Assembly (NCBI GenBank): GCA_030248215.1
Contig: JASANG010000627.1
Span: 124,001 to 188,000 of the forward strand
Direction: 5' to 3'
Length of the DNA stretch: 64,000 bases
From: Enoplolaimus lenunculus
Taxonomy: Eukaryota
Shown: positions 27,011 to 40,244 of the stretch, piece after piece
How positions within the stretch are numbered: position 1 is the stretch's first letter
Layout: every line of letters starts with the position of its first letter
Notes under the pieces: generated by a model
Database searches by the model: none
Seen by the model: only the letters and a program-made list of their open reading frames with translations
What the model was told of the DNA's origin: nothing
Made by a program: the position numbers and the translations under genes

Positions 27011-30000
27011 TCAATTTTTAACTTTCTTTTTCGCTTTTCGTCTAAGCGTTTGCGAAAATTGTTTGCTTGGTGAAAATATGTCGTTGCTAATTTCATCCTG
27101 CGGTTGCCCAACTGTCATATTGCGAACGAAAAACGGCATAGTAACGTCTTTGAAAGCATGCGACATCAAAAGAAAACCGTCTTTTTTGGGCTCCCAATAC
27201 TTCACGTGGAATGGTGTGTCTGAAAATAAAAATACAAAAACATCATTTAAACAAACAAATTCAACTCTTCCAGCTGTTGAACTAAGACTTACACAATTTG
27301 TTACACAGGACGACGTTTAACGTAATTTGTTGCACAAGACCATGTTTAGCACACTTTGCAAACAGATACCGATGAAAAAAGTCTCGATAACGAATAAGCA
27401 ACCAAGTTAGCCATAAATTCTGGTGAAAAGTTTGACTACGTTGGCAATCCTATTACACAAGTCTAGAACCCAGTTGTCTTGAAATTAGCCAAAAAGAAAT
27501 AATGGCAATCTAAAAACCGATGTTTTCCGAATGGACTGTTTACAGCAATTATACAATTATACAAATCATCAGATTGTCAAATATGAAAAAAGAGCACAAA
27601 CTATATCAGATTTGAATACCATATCAAATTTAGACATTTTCGAACCATCGTCAAAATGTTTTTGCATAAATTTCTACACAAAATGAATTACCATTGCATT
27701 CGTTCATGGGAATCAAGTTTCGCGAAATACCTTCAATTCTGTACCACGATCGAACGCAATACAACTCTTCCATAACCTAAAACAATAATTTCGCTCTGAT
27801 AACAAGAACAGCAACAGAATTTTGTCAAAGGTTAATGTGGGCACCAACACGACATATGGTTAGGTTAACGAGTGGTAAATTTCAAAATTTACACACGTTC
27901 ACCGTACCGCCGTACCGTTAAAATTAAAACACGCATGCCGTTAACCTAACACAAGTTTTTGCTCTGGCTATAACGCGTGCCAGTAACACATGTTCCGGAA
28001 AGATTATGTGTGGTTGCATTGTTATGGTAAGGGCCAATGAAACATAAACCAAACTCGCGCACTGCGCTTTAGTTTCTTCACGAAAACCGGAAGTCAGCCG
28101 GTTCAAAATCAGGTAAAAGTTTTGAACGAGGATGAAAATTTTTACAAATAAAATCACAGCGTTGTTAGCGATTCACCAGGATTGTACCTGGTGTACACAT
28201 GTTATGGTAGAAGATGAATAACAACTGCACAAAACAAAAAATCCAGACCTCAAATCGTACCTCTAATAACTGAATCGTCAAACACGGTTGCAGGGCAGGA
28301 TTAAAGCGCGCCGTAATTGTATGTTCAGGAAGTCCCGGAGAGGCAACCAAATGTAGAAAAATTCCCTCGCACAGCCAGCGAAGCATATTAATGTTGAGAC
28401 ATCCATTTGCTCTCAACCACGGCCGCGGAGATATTCGAAACGTGTTGTTACCCATAGGCTGTCTAAAACGCGTTCAAGGTATCCACAATCATTCACCGAT
28501 GCGCGATTTTACCAACCTCTTTGTGAAAAAGGACACAAACATATAAATACCAGTCGTAGTGGGACTACATTTATTGAGCGAAGCTCGAACACACGTAAGC
28601 AATTAAGGTAATATGCAAATTAGTTATTAGCTAACTATTCATTTATCGGTTTTGGAGGGTTGTAAGCAATTTCCTCAGATTCCTCGCACCCAAAAACTCT
28701 TCAGCCACCCTATAATTTTTGGAATAATTTAAAAAAACCTAATTTTGTCTTGTCAATTAAGCTAATATGCAAATTAACTATTAGCAAACTATTTAATTAT
28801 CGGTTTTGGATGTTTGTAAACTATTTATTCAAATTCCTTGCCCTTAAAAACCCTTTAGTGCTGAAATTATATTGCTTTTAACCTTAATAATTAGTGAAAT
28901 ATTGTAAAAAGTCCTAATTTAGGCTTATAACCTTGCTAATATGCAAATTATCTATTAGCTAACTGCTCAATTATCGGTTTTGGAGGTTTGTAAACAGTCT
29001 ACGCAGATTCTTTGCACCCAAAAACCCTTTAATGCTAAAATTAGATTGCTTCTAACTGTAATAATTAGTGAAATATTGTGGAAAGTACTAATTTAGGCTT
29101 AATTAATTATGCAAATTAGCCTGTAGCCAATAAACGGCTACAATTTTTAAAACCCCAATGCGAGGTTAACACCCCAGGATTATTGGCTTTCAAACAAAAA
29201 AAGTTTATCAAAATCGGTTCAGCCGTTCCTGAGATTCTTTTCGGACGGACAGACGGACGGACGGACATCCACCTTTCGACCCCCAAGTACAAAACATAAA
29301 ACGCTTCGCGAAACTCCGAGCTTCGCTCGGAGTTTCGCTTCGTTCAATAAGCCTAATATGCAGAAAAATTTTAAAGCTGGCTTCCGAACACGTAATCTCA
29401 AAGCGCTGAAACAGCCTGAAACAATTTGCATGACATGCGCTATTACTACCATTCAATAATCAACAAACTATCGTATTACTGAGGTATTTACCTAATTCGA
29501 AAATTATTCGATGTCTGCATCGGCGACTCAATTATATCATCTTGAGATGGCAACACTTGCAACGATATGTGTTCAATAGGCACTCGTGATCGTCCTGTTT
29601 TTTCAGCTGCTACAAGCCCTCCATCCTAAAACAGCACGCACAAAAAATGTCCGGCTTAAAAATAACACCTTTCACAATAAATCTCATTTGACATTAACCT
29701 TGAAACTCAAAATCAATTAATGCATCCGACCTTGTGGTTTCATTATTTTTCCGTTCTTTTGCTAAGGGAGACAAAACTTTAATTAAACCAGGATTCAAAC
29801 GGTTAATTAAACACGTAATTTATTAAATTTGAAGTCAAAATTTCTGTACAACACGCGACGTTCGCAGCAAACTTTCCTTCAGACTGAACTTAAAATTCAA
29901 GATAAACTAAAGCCCCTTTCTCATAGTATCAATCAGTTTTCCCTTCAATTTGTTACAGAAGCAAAACTTTTATTGGTCGTAAATTCATATTCTTAATCAA

Positions 30001-33000
30001 ACTTGTAGTTTAGTCAATTTTTCTAATTTGTAACGTTTACTCCAAATGTCCCTGCAACACTAAACCGAACGAGCTAACCTCATGTTCAAGAGACTGTTGT
30101 TTAGTCTCCACGGGTTGGACTCCGCTTGACGTTGTTTTTTCGTCGAGAGATCGATACGTTTCGACCGTCCAGTACAAGACCGCAGTACTCCGTGCGTTAT
30201 AATACCGCCACTGAGATACTCCGAACCGTAAAATTTGTTTGGAATGCACCAACAGATTCAACGCACTTCGCAAAACTGACATTGGAATATCACATAATGT
30301 CTTCTATAACCGAAAGAAAAATACAGTTTTCTACAATGCATTGTTAGAAAGCACAAATGAGATGCCTTTGGAAAAAAACTAAGCAACAATTATTGTGACC
30401 AACTTAAAACCTATAGCAGAGATCGACCGGAACATACATGCAAACCAACAATTATTGTGACCAACTTAAAACCTATAGCAGAGATCGACCGGAACATACA
30501 TGCAAACCAGAACCAAAAAGTGTTAACCGAAATGCTCCCTTTACAGAACTTACTTGCAAAAAGTATAATTAGAGTTATTTAAATAATTGTAAACCCATCC
30601 GAGTATTAACAGAAGTGGTACCTGCGGTCTCTCTAGTGAATGCATTAATGTATATAAAATTCTGATAAAACTCTCCAAACTATCCTCACAAAGAAACAGT
30701 CCATTATAGGTAACATTTTTCAAAACAATACTAAGCACTTTTGAAGTTCCCCCACAGTGGATAAGTCCCCACACAAATGGCCCATATTTAGCTGAGGTTC
30801 GCAATCAGCAGTTTACGCCTATTCGTAAACCTAAACATAAAACTCTAAAGTTATAACTAAGCCTAAGCACAATTTTCCACTATAAGGAAAACTACAAAGT
30901 GAAAAAGTCCTAAAACCCACCTGAATCTCTTCAAAAGTGATACCAGCAACCGAACAACAACCTGATACAGCATTCATTACTTCACTAAGTGCCCGGAAAA
31001 TTTGAGTACCCGAAGAAGACTTCTGCAGTACGGGAAAAATTTTGGCGCAGTAAATTTCAAACGTGGGCAAATCTCGAAGACACGGTAAGTGAAATGATTC
31101 AGTGAATTTGCGGAAGATAGCAGCTGCATCGGGTAATAAATTTTGCGACGCAAGATCTTTCAGTTTGACCTGAAAACCATTTGAGAAGTAAAGCGTTACT
31201 TTTAATAACTATAACAAACAAAACCTAACCAAAAGATGACCAGACTTAAAATATAAAGTCTACACCGCAAATTTATAGTTCTATATTAACGAAATTAAAC
31301 ACCATGGTACTGCGTATATGGCGAAAAGTGTTTTCAAATTATTTACAAACATAACGGCCCGCCAGGTTCACCAATGAACGGAACACTCTATAAAATTCAT
31401 AAGGTATTTATTATTCGTGTTAGTTTCCGTTCGAATAATAAAAGCAGTTTGAGCAATAAACAGCCGCAATAGCTTTTCTAGAAGTAAGCAAAAATGCCAT
31501 TACTTTAATATCTACCGGTGCTAACAAAAAGTCTCGAATATTGCCCCCAGCGTCTTCACTCCCATCCATACCAATCCTCTCGGCAATCTTAAACAGTTAA
31601 TGATCATTTAATTTCCATGACAAACATTGCACAAATTAAATAAAGATTTTCTTAACAAAATTTGAAATCTTCCTGGCAATAGGAAGACAATTGAACAATC
31701 GGCACATTTAATAGTAAATCCTGTTTTACACTAATACATGTGAGTGTTGACTTAACAAGCAGTACAAAAACACCGTTACGACTTACTCTCGATAACCTTA
31801 AAGACCGGCTTGATAGGCCCGATTTTGCACCAAGCGACTGTATTGTAGACGGTGGCGCGGGATACCTAGGAATTTTACCACCGTGACTAAAAATTGAGTT
31901 ATCTGTATCTTCATTTCCTGTCGTAGAACTTTGGTCGAGATCAGCTGAAATAATAAACAAAACAAATACCTCAAAATATGAATCAAAATACACAATGTAT
32001 TTTCAAAAGATAACCTTTATAAATTTTGCAATTTCCAATACCTATTTCACCTAAAACAACCTGCGTTAACTTTTCTATGGTGAAAATCTACTTTTCAGGT
32101 GCAATCGTTAATCGTTATTACACCGCTGCTTTCACATTTACACCAAAAAAGTAACTGATTTCCTAAAACGCCAGTGTAATTACGTTCTGCAGTATCAGAC
32201 CAATTTCCATCTTGACTAGCATCGTCCGCCGGTTGACCCCTTAGCGTCTGTTCCTTATCCGACTCAGACAAACTAATCGGTTCTTCTTGTTCGTTGGAGG
32301 AATATTCTGATATCATGGGGATAGTTATATCAGGGTTAGAATCCGCACTAGATCTCGGGCGTTTAAGCAACATCGCTCGTGCTGTTGCTGAACGCAAAAG
32401 TGAGCGCGTCCGTTTACGGTTCAACTCTTCTGAATCTGATTTTTCAGCCTCGTTTGAAAGTTGTATTGAGCTTGTAGCATCAGTGGGATCTGTTTCAGTA
32501 TCAGCAAAATGAACTGATTTCGCGTTTACGCCTAAAATAATAAGAGTGAAATGTTAAAGCGTCAAGCTGTATTTTGAAACAGTGTATTTTTAGCCGCGAT
32601 TCGCAAAAGTTTGGATTACCTAATATAAATTCAAGGACTTAGCCAGCTGTATCTGTCAGTAAACTTCGCAAGTTATTGTTAAAACTGTTACAAAAGAGAA
32701 AAGACAGCTATTTTATTTCTTGCTATAACAGAAACAAAGTGTTTTGGGATTTCAGTATTGACTATTGATTACACTCAAAATCATGATGACGACGCGACTG
32801 TACACATTTCTTATTGATGATAGTTTCTAACCTTTTATTGCTTTATCAGTACTTGAACCATGCATAGACCTCATTCTGAAAAAGCAGGAATCAAGCCACT
32901 ACAAAGCTGAACCTATTTCAAGTAATATCTCAAAGTAATATAATCAACGGTTGTATTCTCAAAAACTGTGTGTAGCAATTATGGTTATAAATTTGAGAGC

Positions 33001-36000
33001 AAAAATTCTGCTCACAAGTATATACAACTCAATGCGAAAATTGTCACAAATTTCCAAGCTTATCACTTGATGGATCGACACTTCACGTACTCTACTACCA
33101 ACTGGTTGCTGTTGTTACATTGTGGGTAACAAAACGATACCGTTACCAGTTAAAGCGTTTCAATAAACGTTACTGGGAAAACTGCTAAAACTATTTCGCA
33201 AATTAACTCACCCACTGGTATCCGATTCATTACCATCTGTTGCCCCACTGTCTTCTGAGGCTTCAATATGTCCTGTTGTTGCCGCCCCGTCACTGCCGAC
33301 ATTCTTCATCAATTTATCGGGTAAATTAATTTGAAAATCAATCTGCAAACAATTTTACTGTCAGGAATAGTCGGAGTCACCACACCACTCGTACTCGTTT
33401 CCATATGCCACTAATTTATGACAATATATTACCCTTGATATTTTATAAAGTTAACAGTATATAATTTACTAAATCACATGAAGGTGAACTAATCCAAACA
33501 GAAAATAAAGTCGAGTATAACACTGTAAGTATAACACTGTAAAGTTCGGCATGAAAATACATTTTAATCACTTCTGTATACTTCGAATGTAACAAATTTA
33601 TAAATGCCAATATTCCCAACTGCTTTCAGCACATGCCCCAATTGGTAGTTTTCCATCCACACCGTTCACATTTGATCGCTATTGGAACCTATACTAACCG
33701 GTAAAAGTACTACACACAGTTCAAAACACTTCTTTAAATTTGAGCCGAACCTCATTTCGAGCCAACAGCGAAAGAATGAGCGTAAAATATCCTGGTGTCT
33801 CAAACATTACAGACGTCCATTCTGTTGGGCTTGTGCTAACCATTCTCGCGTACAACTCGCAGGTCTCGGATGAGATCGTAACTTGAAACTTGTGATAAAA
33901 AAAGTGGCGATAGCTAAAGAAGAATTGTTAAAAATTACTACTCACAAAAATCCAAATGAACGCGGAAATATTAGGCAAATATTTACATTATCAAACCCCA
34001 CGGGTAAAGCCAGGATTTTGGAATAAGTTGTACCAAGAGTGGATGATGTCCACCTTGCAGAAGAGTGTGCAACTGCTTGGGCTGTGCATGGTACTAAATG
34101 TACCAGCACGCGTTGGGGGGGGGTTTAATCAAGAGATTAACAATAAAGTATGCTTCAGTACACCTACCCCCCTTAAACAAGGACCCAGTTGCACACTATC
34201 GTTATAAAGAGTGATCATCCACTCTTGGTTGCACGGTCCATATACGTTTTTGATGAGGGTTTCTTGTTTGACCAACTTAAAAATTTCGTAAATTCCAATA
34301 GACAAAAATAGCGAAGGAAAAAGAAGTTTGACCGCTATTACCTCACAGTCAACGCCTTTATCAAACCCACAATAAACTTAGCCTAAAACCCTACAACAAT
34401 AATTGAAACTAACATCTATCAAAGATATGTTTCATGCTTCACTTACTAAAACGACAGCTGATAATCACCACGTCCTTGTAGAAAACGACATCCGGCACCA
34501 GTCGCGTCTCTCTGCCGAGTAAACGTAATAAACCCTGCACTGCGTAACACTTCAATCAAACGTACTATTGCGGTATCGGGAAACTGCTGAAACAACTCGT
34601 ATGTGTATGGCACAAATTGTTTATCGGTACGGTCGGTCGCATACGAAGCCTGGAATCATAATATGTTACTGTAGATAAAAATACATGTATACGCCCAGCG
34701 AGATGTTACTTTTCGCAAACAAACTTGCTATAATTCTTAACAAACAATCTGATTTTAGTTGAGTAGCCGCAAAGTTACAATAACAACAACAGAACATTAT
34801 GCAACCACGGTTGACTACAGAAATAACGGTGGCATGACATCTCGGAACGAACCACTAATAATACTGGCTTCTCCACAGCTTGGAAATATCCGCCGGGGGC
34901 GTTTCCTGGGGGCAGCTAATTTTGCTGGGGGGCAGTTTTCCTGGGGGGGCCCCCAGATGATCTGGGAGGTCCTGGGGGGCAGGCTCAAAATTTTGCAAGC
35001 CGAATTTTTGGACCATTTTTTTATTCTAGATCGTCTTTCCAACTCAACTGAAGATTACTCATCGCTCAACATGACAAAAATTCCCCGCAAACGCTAATAA
35101 CAAAAGTTTTAACTAATATTACTGACAACTTTACCAGAAGTTGAAAGAAGCACAATTATATAAAATATAGATAATCTATAATTGAAACTGTGATTAACAT
35201 ATATTTTATATATTAGTCACAGCTTCAGTTTATCATAAGGCTCAGGCGGGTTGAACTTGTTGCTGCAAGGTACTTTCGAATGCTGTATGCTCTGAAACGG
35301 TCTATATAAAATTGTGTTTTTTTTCAGTTCATTATTGAATTGTACTAGTTACTACCGGTATTTGTAACGCTATTAAAAATTTATGAGTACTCAGCAGCGT
35401 AATATAAAATCACATTTTGCCGAATGTCCGCCTCAAAAAAAATCCAGGTCTTTATGTTTTAACATTGAAAATTTTTGGCTTAGAAAAGTCCTGGGGGGCC
35501 CCCAGCAAAAAAATTTGCTGGGAGGCATTTTGCTGGGGGGCGGCCGAAAATTCGCCGGGGGCCTTTCCTGGGGGCGGCAAAATTTTCGCCGGGGGGGAAT
35601 GAAAATTTCGAAAAGTACTGGGCCCCCCCCGCTGTGGAGAAGCCAGTAATATGCGCAATATCTTAATACTAATCCGATCGAGTACCACCAATAACCAACG
35701 AAGGCCCATATTCGTAATGTGTACTCTATTTATAACCAGTTAGCGATTGGTTTTCGAACTGTCAAACTGCATATGCTGATTCCAAAAACGCAAAGAAGTT
35801 GAAGAAATCAAATACAAGACACGCGGTACATTTCGAACCTCAACCTTCACTGGTTCGAAAGCTACAAGATCAATAACCAACTGGTGATTTAACGGTGTAA
35901 CACCGATTTCAGAATACGCGTCCCACTTCTCCAAAAACTGCCAAGACGCTAATCCAGCAGCTATTCGTCCGAATGCTAATGCATGTAACACTACAACTAA

Positions 36001-39000
36001 AAAACTGAACAAATAGTTCTTTCAAAAACACAATTACTAAGCTGGAAAACTATTCACTTTAAATTACAGTTGTTAAATTATCACAGAAATTTCTAAAGTC
36101 AAAATTTAACTCACTCGACAAACCGACTCACGTAAAGCAAATTATGCAACGTCGCATCGCGTATTTCGTCCACGGTGGCGCAATCAGTATGAAGATACTG
36201 AGTCACACACGTGTTCATCGCTTTTGGGTTTTTGGTCAACATTTCTATTGTTGACTGCAAATCATTGCTGCCAACTGTAGCGGAGTATTTCGGAAATGAC
36301 AACGTGGCAGCAGGCTTGCTTTGTAGATCTGTGCTTACAGAAGGCGCATCCGTAAGGGCACTCAATTGATATAGCGCATTAAATTCGTCCAACGTATCAG
36401 GTATAATTTCGCTAAAGTCGTGTCTGAAAACAAAAGCATGTATTTATTCCAAATAACAAAGTTAAACCGGTTAAAAAAGTAATGCACAAAAACCAGTCAA
36501 TTCATTTTACCAGAATCGCAATAGTTACCGCAAAAGTCACAACAAAATTAAAACCTTACCTGAACAGGAATTAAATTGTCAATGTTACATTACAAACAGC
36601 GGTAGAAGTTTTAGTGGCCCCACTTAATTTTACCGTTATTGATGTTGTGCAACAACAACAATAACAACAACAACAACAACGACGTCGACGAAACCGATTG
36701 CAATCACGCTGCACATGGATGTTCAGACAATGGGTCCACCTACATCGGTTACCGGCGCGCCGTGGAAATGGTCCAGAGCGAACTGGAGTGGCTTTACTAA
36801 CATGGTCGAAGAAGGTGTCAATACCGCTGATCCCTCGGCCGACCTCAGGATTCGAGTCAACCGCTTTACAAACACCATAATGGCAGCTGCCAATAAACAT
36901 ATCGGCAAAGTCGTTAAAAAAAGCATGATAGAGGGTATCTCACTCCAGAAATAAAAGAAGCCATCAAAATTCGAAATCGACTACGACGCAATATTGCCGA
37001 CAACAGACAAGAATGAGTAACACAATGCAAATTTGTTCGTGAATTGATTGCGTCCGCCAAAGCCGAGAAATGGGCTGATTTTGTAGAGGACAGCAACATC
37101 AACAACAACTGTGAGAAAGCATGGAAACTAATTAAGTCACTGAAAGGCTCAACATCAACAAGTAACGTCAATGAAGTCATGATAGTCAACGGCAAGGCAC
37201 TAAAGGGTCGTATGGCTAAGGCTGAAGCATTTGCTAAATACTACGCCCAAGTTAGTAGCTTGAAGTTTAGCAAAGCGGAACGTGAGCGCATCTCGAAAGT
37301 GCGTAAAAGCTTGACAGCAGCAGCAAACAATGATGCAGCTAGCCCAGCATGCTGCCACTTCACCGCGGCAGAGATGGATTCCGCTATCAAGGCGATGCGA
37401 GCGAAGTCTGCAGCTGGACCGGACGGCGTCTGCCTAAGATTTCTGAAGGCCCTTGGCCCATCAGCAAGAGATTTCTTGCTTGGCTGTTTCAACCAATCGT
37501 GGGAACAGGGCTGCTGCCCGCAAGCATGGAGAGACGCCGACATCATACCGCTACTTAAAAGTGGCAAGCCTGCGAGCAAGCTTGAATCATATCGACCTGT
37601 TAGCCTAACCTCAGTGATAGCCAAAACGTTGGAAAGAATGGTTGGTGCTCGATTATATCATCTTGCCGAGCAGAATGGATGGCTGTGCAACGACCAAGCG
37701 GGCTTTCGAAAGAACCGGAGTTGTGAAGATCAAGTCATCAGACTGGCACAAGAAATTAGCGACAGCTTCCAAGCAAAACCTGCAGGAAGAACAGTGCTCG
37801 CCTTACTAGATTACTCCAAGGTCTTCGATAAAGTGTGGCGTGACGAATTAATTGGTCCCATGCTCGAAATTGGAGTACCCGTGAAACTGATTAGGTGGTG
37901 CCGTGGATTCTTACTTAACCGGCAAGCTCGTGTTCGGCTTGACGGTGCCCTGAGCCCTCAGCACCACCTACCACAAGGTGTGCCCCAAGGCGCTGTACTC
38001 TCACCTCTCCTAGTTATTATCTAGATCAACGGGGTTCGTCAAGTTGTCCCCGAGGGACTCTCAGTCAGCATGTACGCTGATGACATCGCAATCTGGGCCA
38101 CATCAGCAGACAAATCGTTGGCGGCCAAAACGGTAGAAGCAAGACTCGTTGCAATTAGTTGATGGAGTGCTCAAATGAAACTACCACTGAATGCGTCCAA
38201 GTGTGAAATAGGTTTCTTCTCGACAACTCCTAGAGAAGCCCGTTGGGTTTCGAAGGTAGTCGTCGATGGACAGCAGCTGCAACTAAACCCCAACCCAAAA
38301 TTTCTTGGCCTTATGTTTGACAGATGTCTCAGCTTTGGCGCTTATGTCGATGCTAACTGTGAACGCGCGAAGAAGCGTGCCAACATAATAGCCTTTCTGG
38401 CTAACAGCGATTGGGGATGGAAACGAAAGGCTGTTCGACAAGTCTATATCACCTTATGTCGTAGCGTTCTTGACTATTGTGCTGCAGCGTGGCGACCATG
38501 CATTTCACGGTCTAGCATGCAAAAGCTCGATCGGTGGCAAAACAAGGCGCCAGGGTGCAACAGGAATTACAATTTGCCGGAACCGGAACCGGAATTTGAA
38601 AATTTTACCGGAACCGGAAAGTGAAAAATGCATTTCACCAAAAATTTCATTTTAATCTTATTTTTTGCTCTATTATTTGTGAAATAACCTTAGTCGAACA
38701 TAGATATTTATTTTATTTGTTGTATTTTAGATTTTCATCATCGACTGAAGTGAAATCCACCATCAATGGCTTATATTCGGAGTACAAGTGGCTTTCAAAA
38801 GAGATTCTTAAAAATTCGCAAAGTTAATAAAACGGCCAAATTATAACACCGGAATTTTTAAATCCGGTAAAAGTTTACCGAAACCGGAACCGGAAGGTGA
38901 AAAAATGCCGGAACCGGAACCGGAATTCCGGTTGCACCCTGCAAGGCGCTTCGCATAATCACGGGTCAAGTCGCAACAACCCCCGTAAAAGCACTCCGCC

Positions 39001-40198
39001 TAGAAGCTGGAATCAGTTCATATTCGTCGCACTCGGAAGACCTCATCTGTCGAGCATACGAGAAGTCACTACGCCTGCCTACCAACAATCCCCGGCGAAC
39101 GCTGATTGAAAGCAACGTGTTACACCGCTCGAAAATCAGGAGCAGCTTCCGTCAAATGGGCCAGCGACTGGCCCAATCGGCCCTCGGCAACAGCTGGGCA
39201 CGGGAACGACAAGCGATACCAGTTCTTCATGAGCCACCGTGGGCGCATAACACTCAATTGCATTGCTACCCGGACTTGTTGGACGTTAGCTCCAAAAGTT
39301 GTTCGGATGATATATTGATGCAAGACACTCTGTCAACGATTCGTACAGGATGTGCGGACAATTCACTCATCATCTACACGGACGGATCACGCCAAGATGG
39401 TTTATACAATGGCGGCAGCGCCGCCGTCGTAACCAGAGGAGATCCGACAGGATTCAGCGTGATCGATATCATCAAACGAAAAGGCAGACCGTTGACCTGC
39501 TCGTACGAATCAGAACTGATAGCTCTGAAACTTGCTGCCAACTGGCTATACTAAAACAACGTCACTGATGAGACCCTCATCTGCTCCGACAGCCGTGCGG
39601 CATTAAAATGTATGGCAAATAACAACAGCAACACAACAACAGATGCGGCACAGACAATGAAAGCTTTACGTCGAGCGAGAGGAAGAATAAATCTGCAATG
39701 GGTCCCTGGTCATATCGGCCTTATCCGAAACGAGACAGTCGATGCAGCAGCGAAAGCAGCAACAGCAATTGAAGACAGCGCAGCTCAGAACGATGTTACA
39801 CTAGCAGCGGCAGTAGCGGCTTCCAGAAGGGCATTTCGCAACGCCCCGCCTGCCAAGATGTCACTACGAATCATCTATGATGGCCCGGTCGACAATGACA
39901 GCTGCCTTAGCCGCAAGAATGCAGTTTTGCTCGCACGTCTCCGAGCAGGTCATTGCTTTCAACTTTCGGCTTATAAGGCGTCGTCAAGCCCGGCTTCGAC
40001 CCTATTTGCAGCAAATGTAAAGAAGCACCGCAAGACTTGAATCACTGGCTCATACATAACATTGTCCAGCGCTAACGTCGGCCCGTATACGACACTTAAG
40101 GGACCCATGCCCCGAACCTCAGCGTCCTGCGGACAAACCCCGCGTGGGTGGTAGTGTTTGACCGGAGAACTCTGTATTCTTCGTGACGCTATGCCGCC

Positions 40199-40244
<46 letters not shown>

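Noticed and set aside
28609..29120. Regularly spaced repeats resembling a CRISPR array
   Set aside because: Whole units are homologous (no unique spacers), the context is eukaryotic and there are no cas genes.
34759..35709. G/P-rich ORFs in the ORF track (also 54534-55574)
   Set aside because: They are artefacts of the G/C-run arms of the 5-bp-TSD transposon.
35740..36012. 90-aa minus-strand ORF in a GTF3C1 intron as an extra exon or nested gene
   Set aside because: The available acceptors give phase 1 or 2 whereas the upstream exon ends in phase 0. The flanking exons (36132 to 34649) join with continuous GTF3C1 similarity, and no domain was recognised.
36571..36900. Poly-Cys ORF (RRRRCCCCCYCCCC)
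   Set aside because: It is the antisense reading of the (CAA)n microsatellite.
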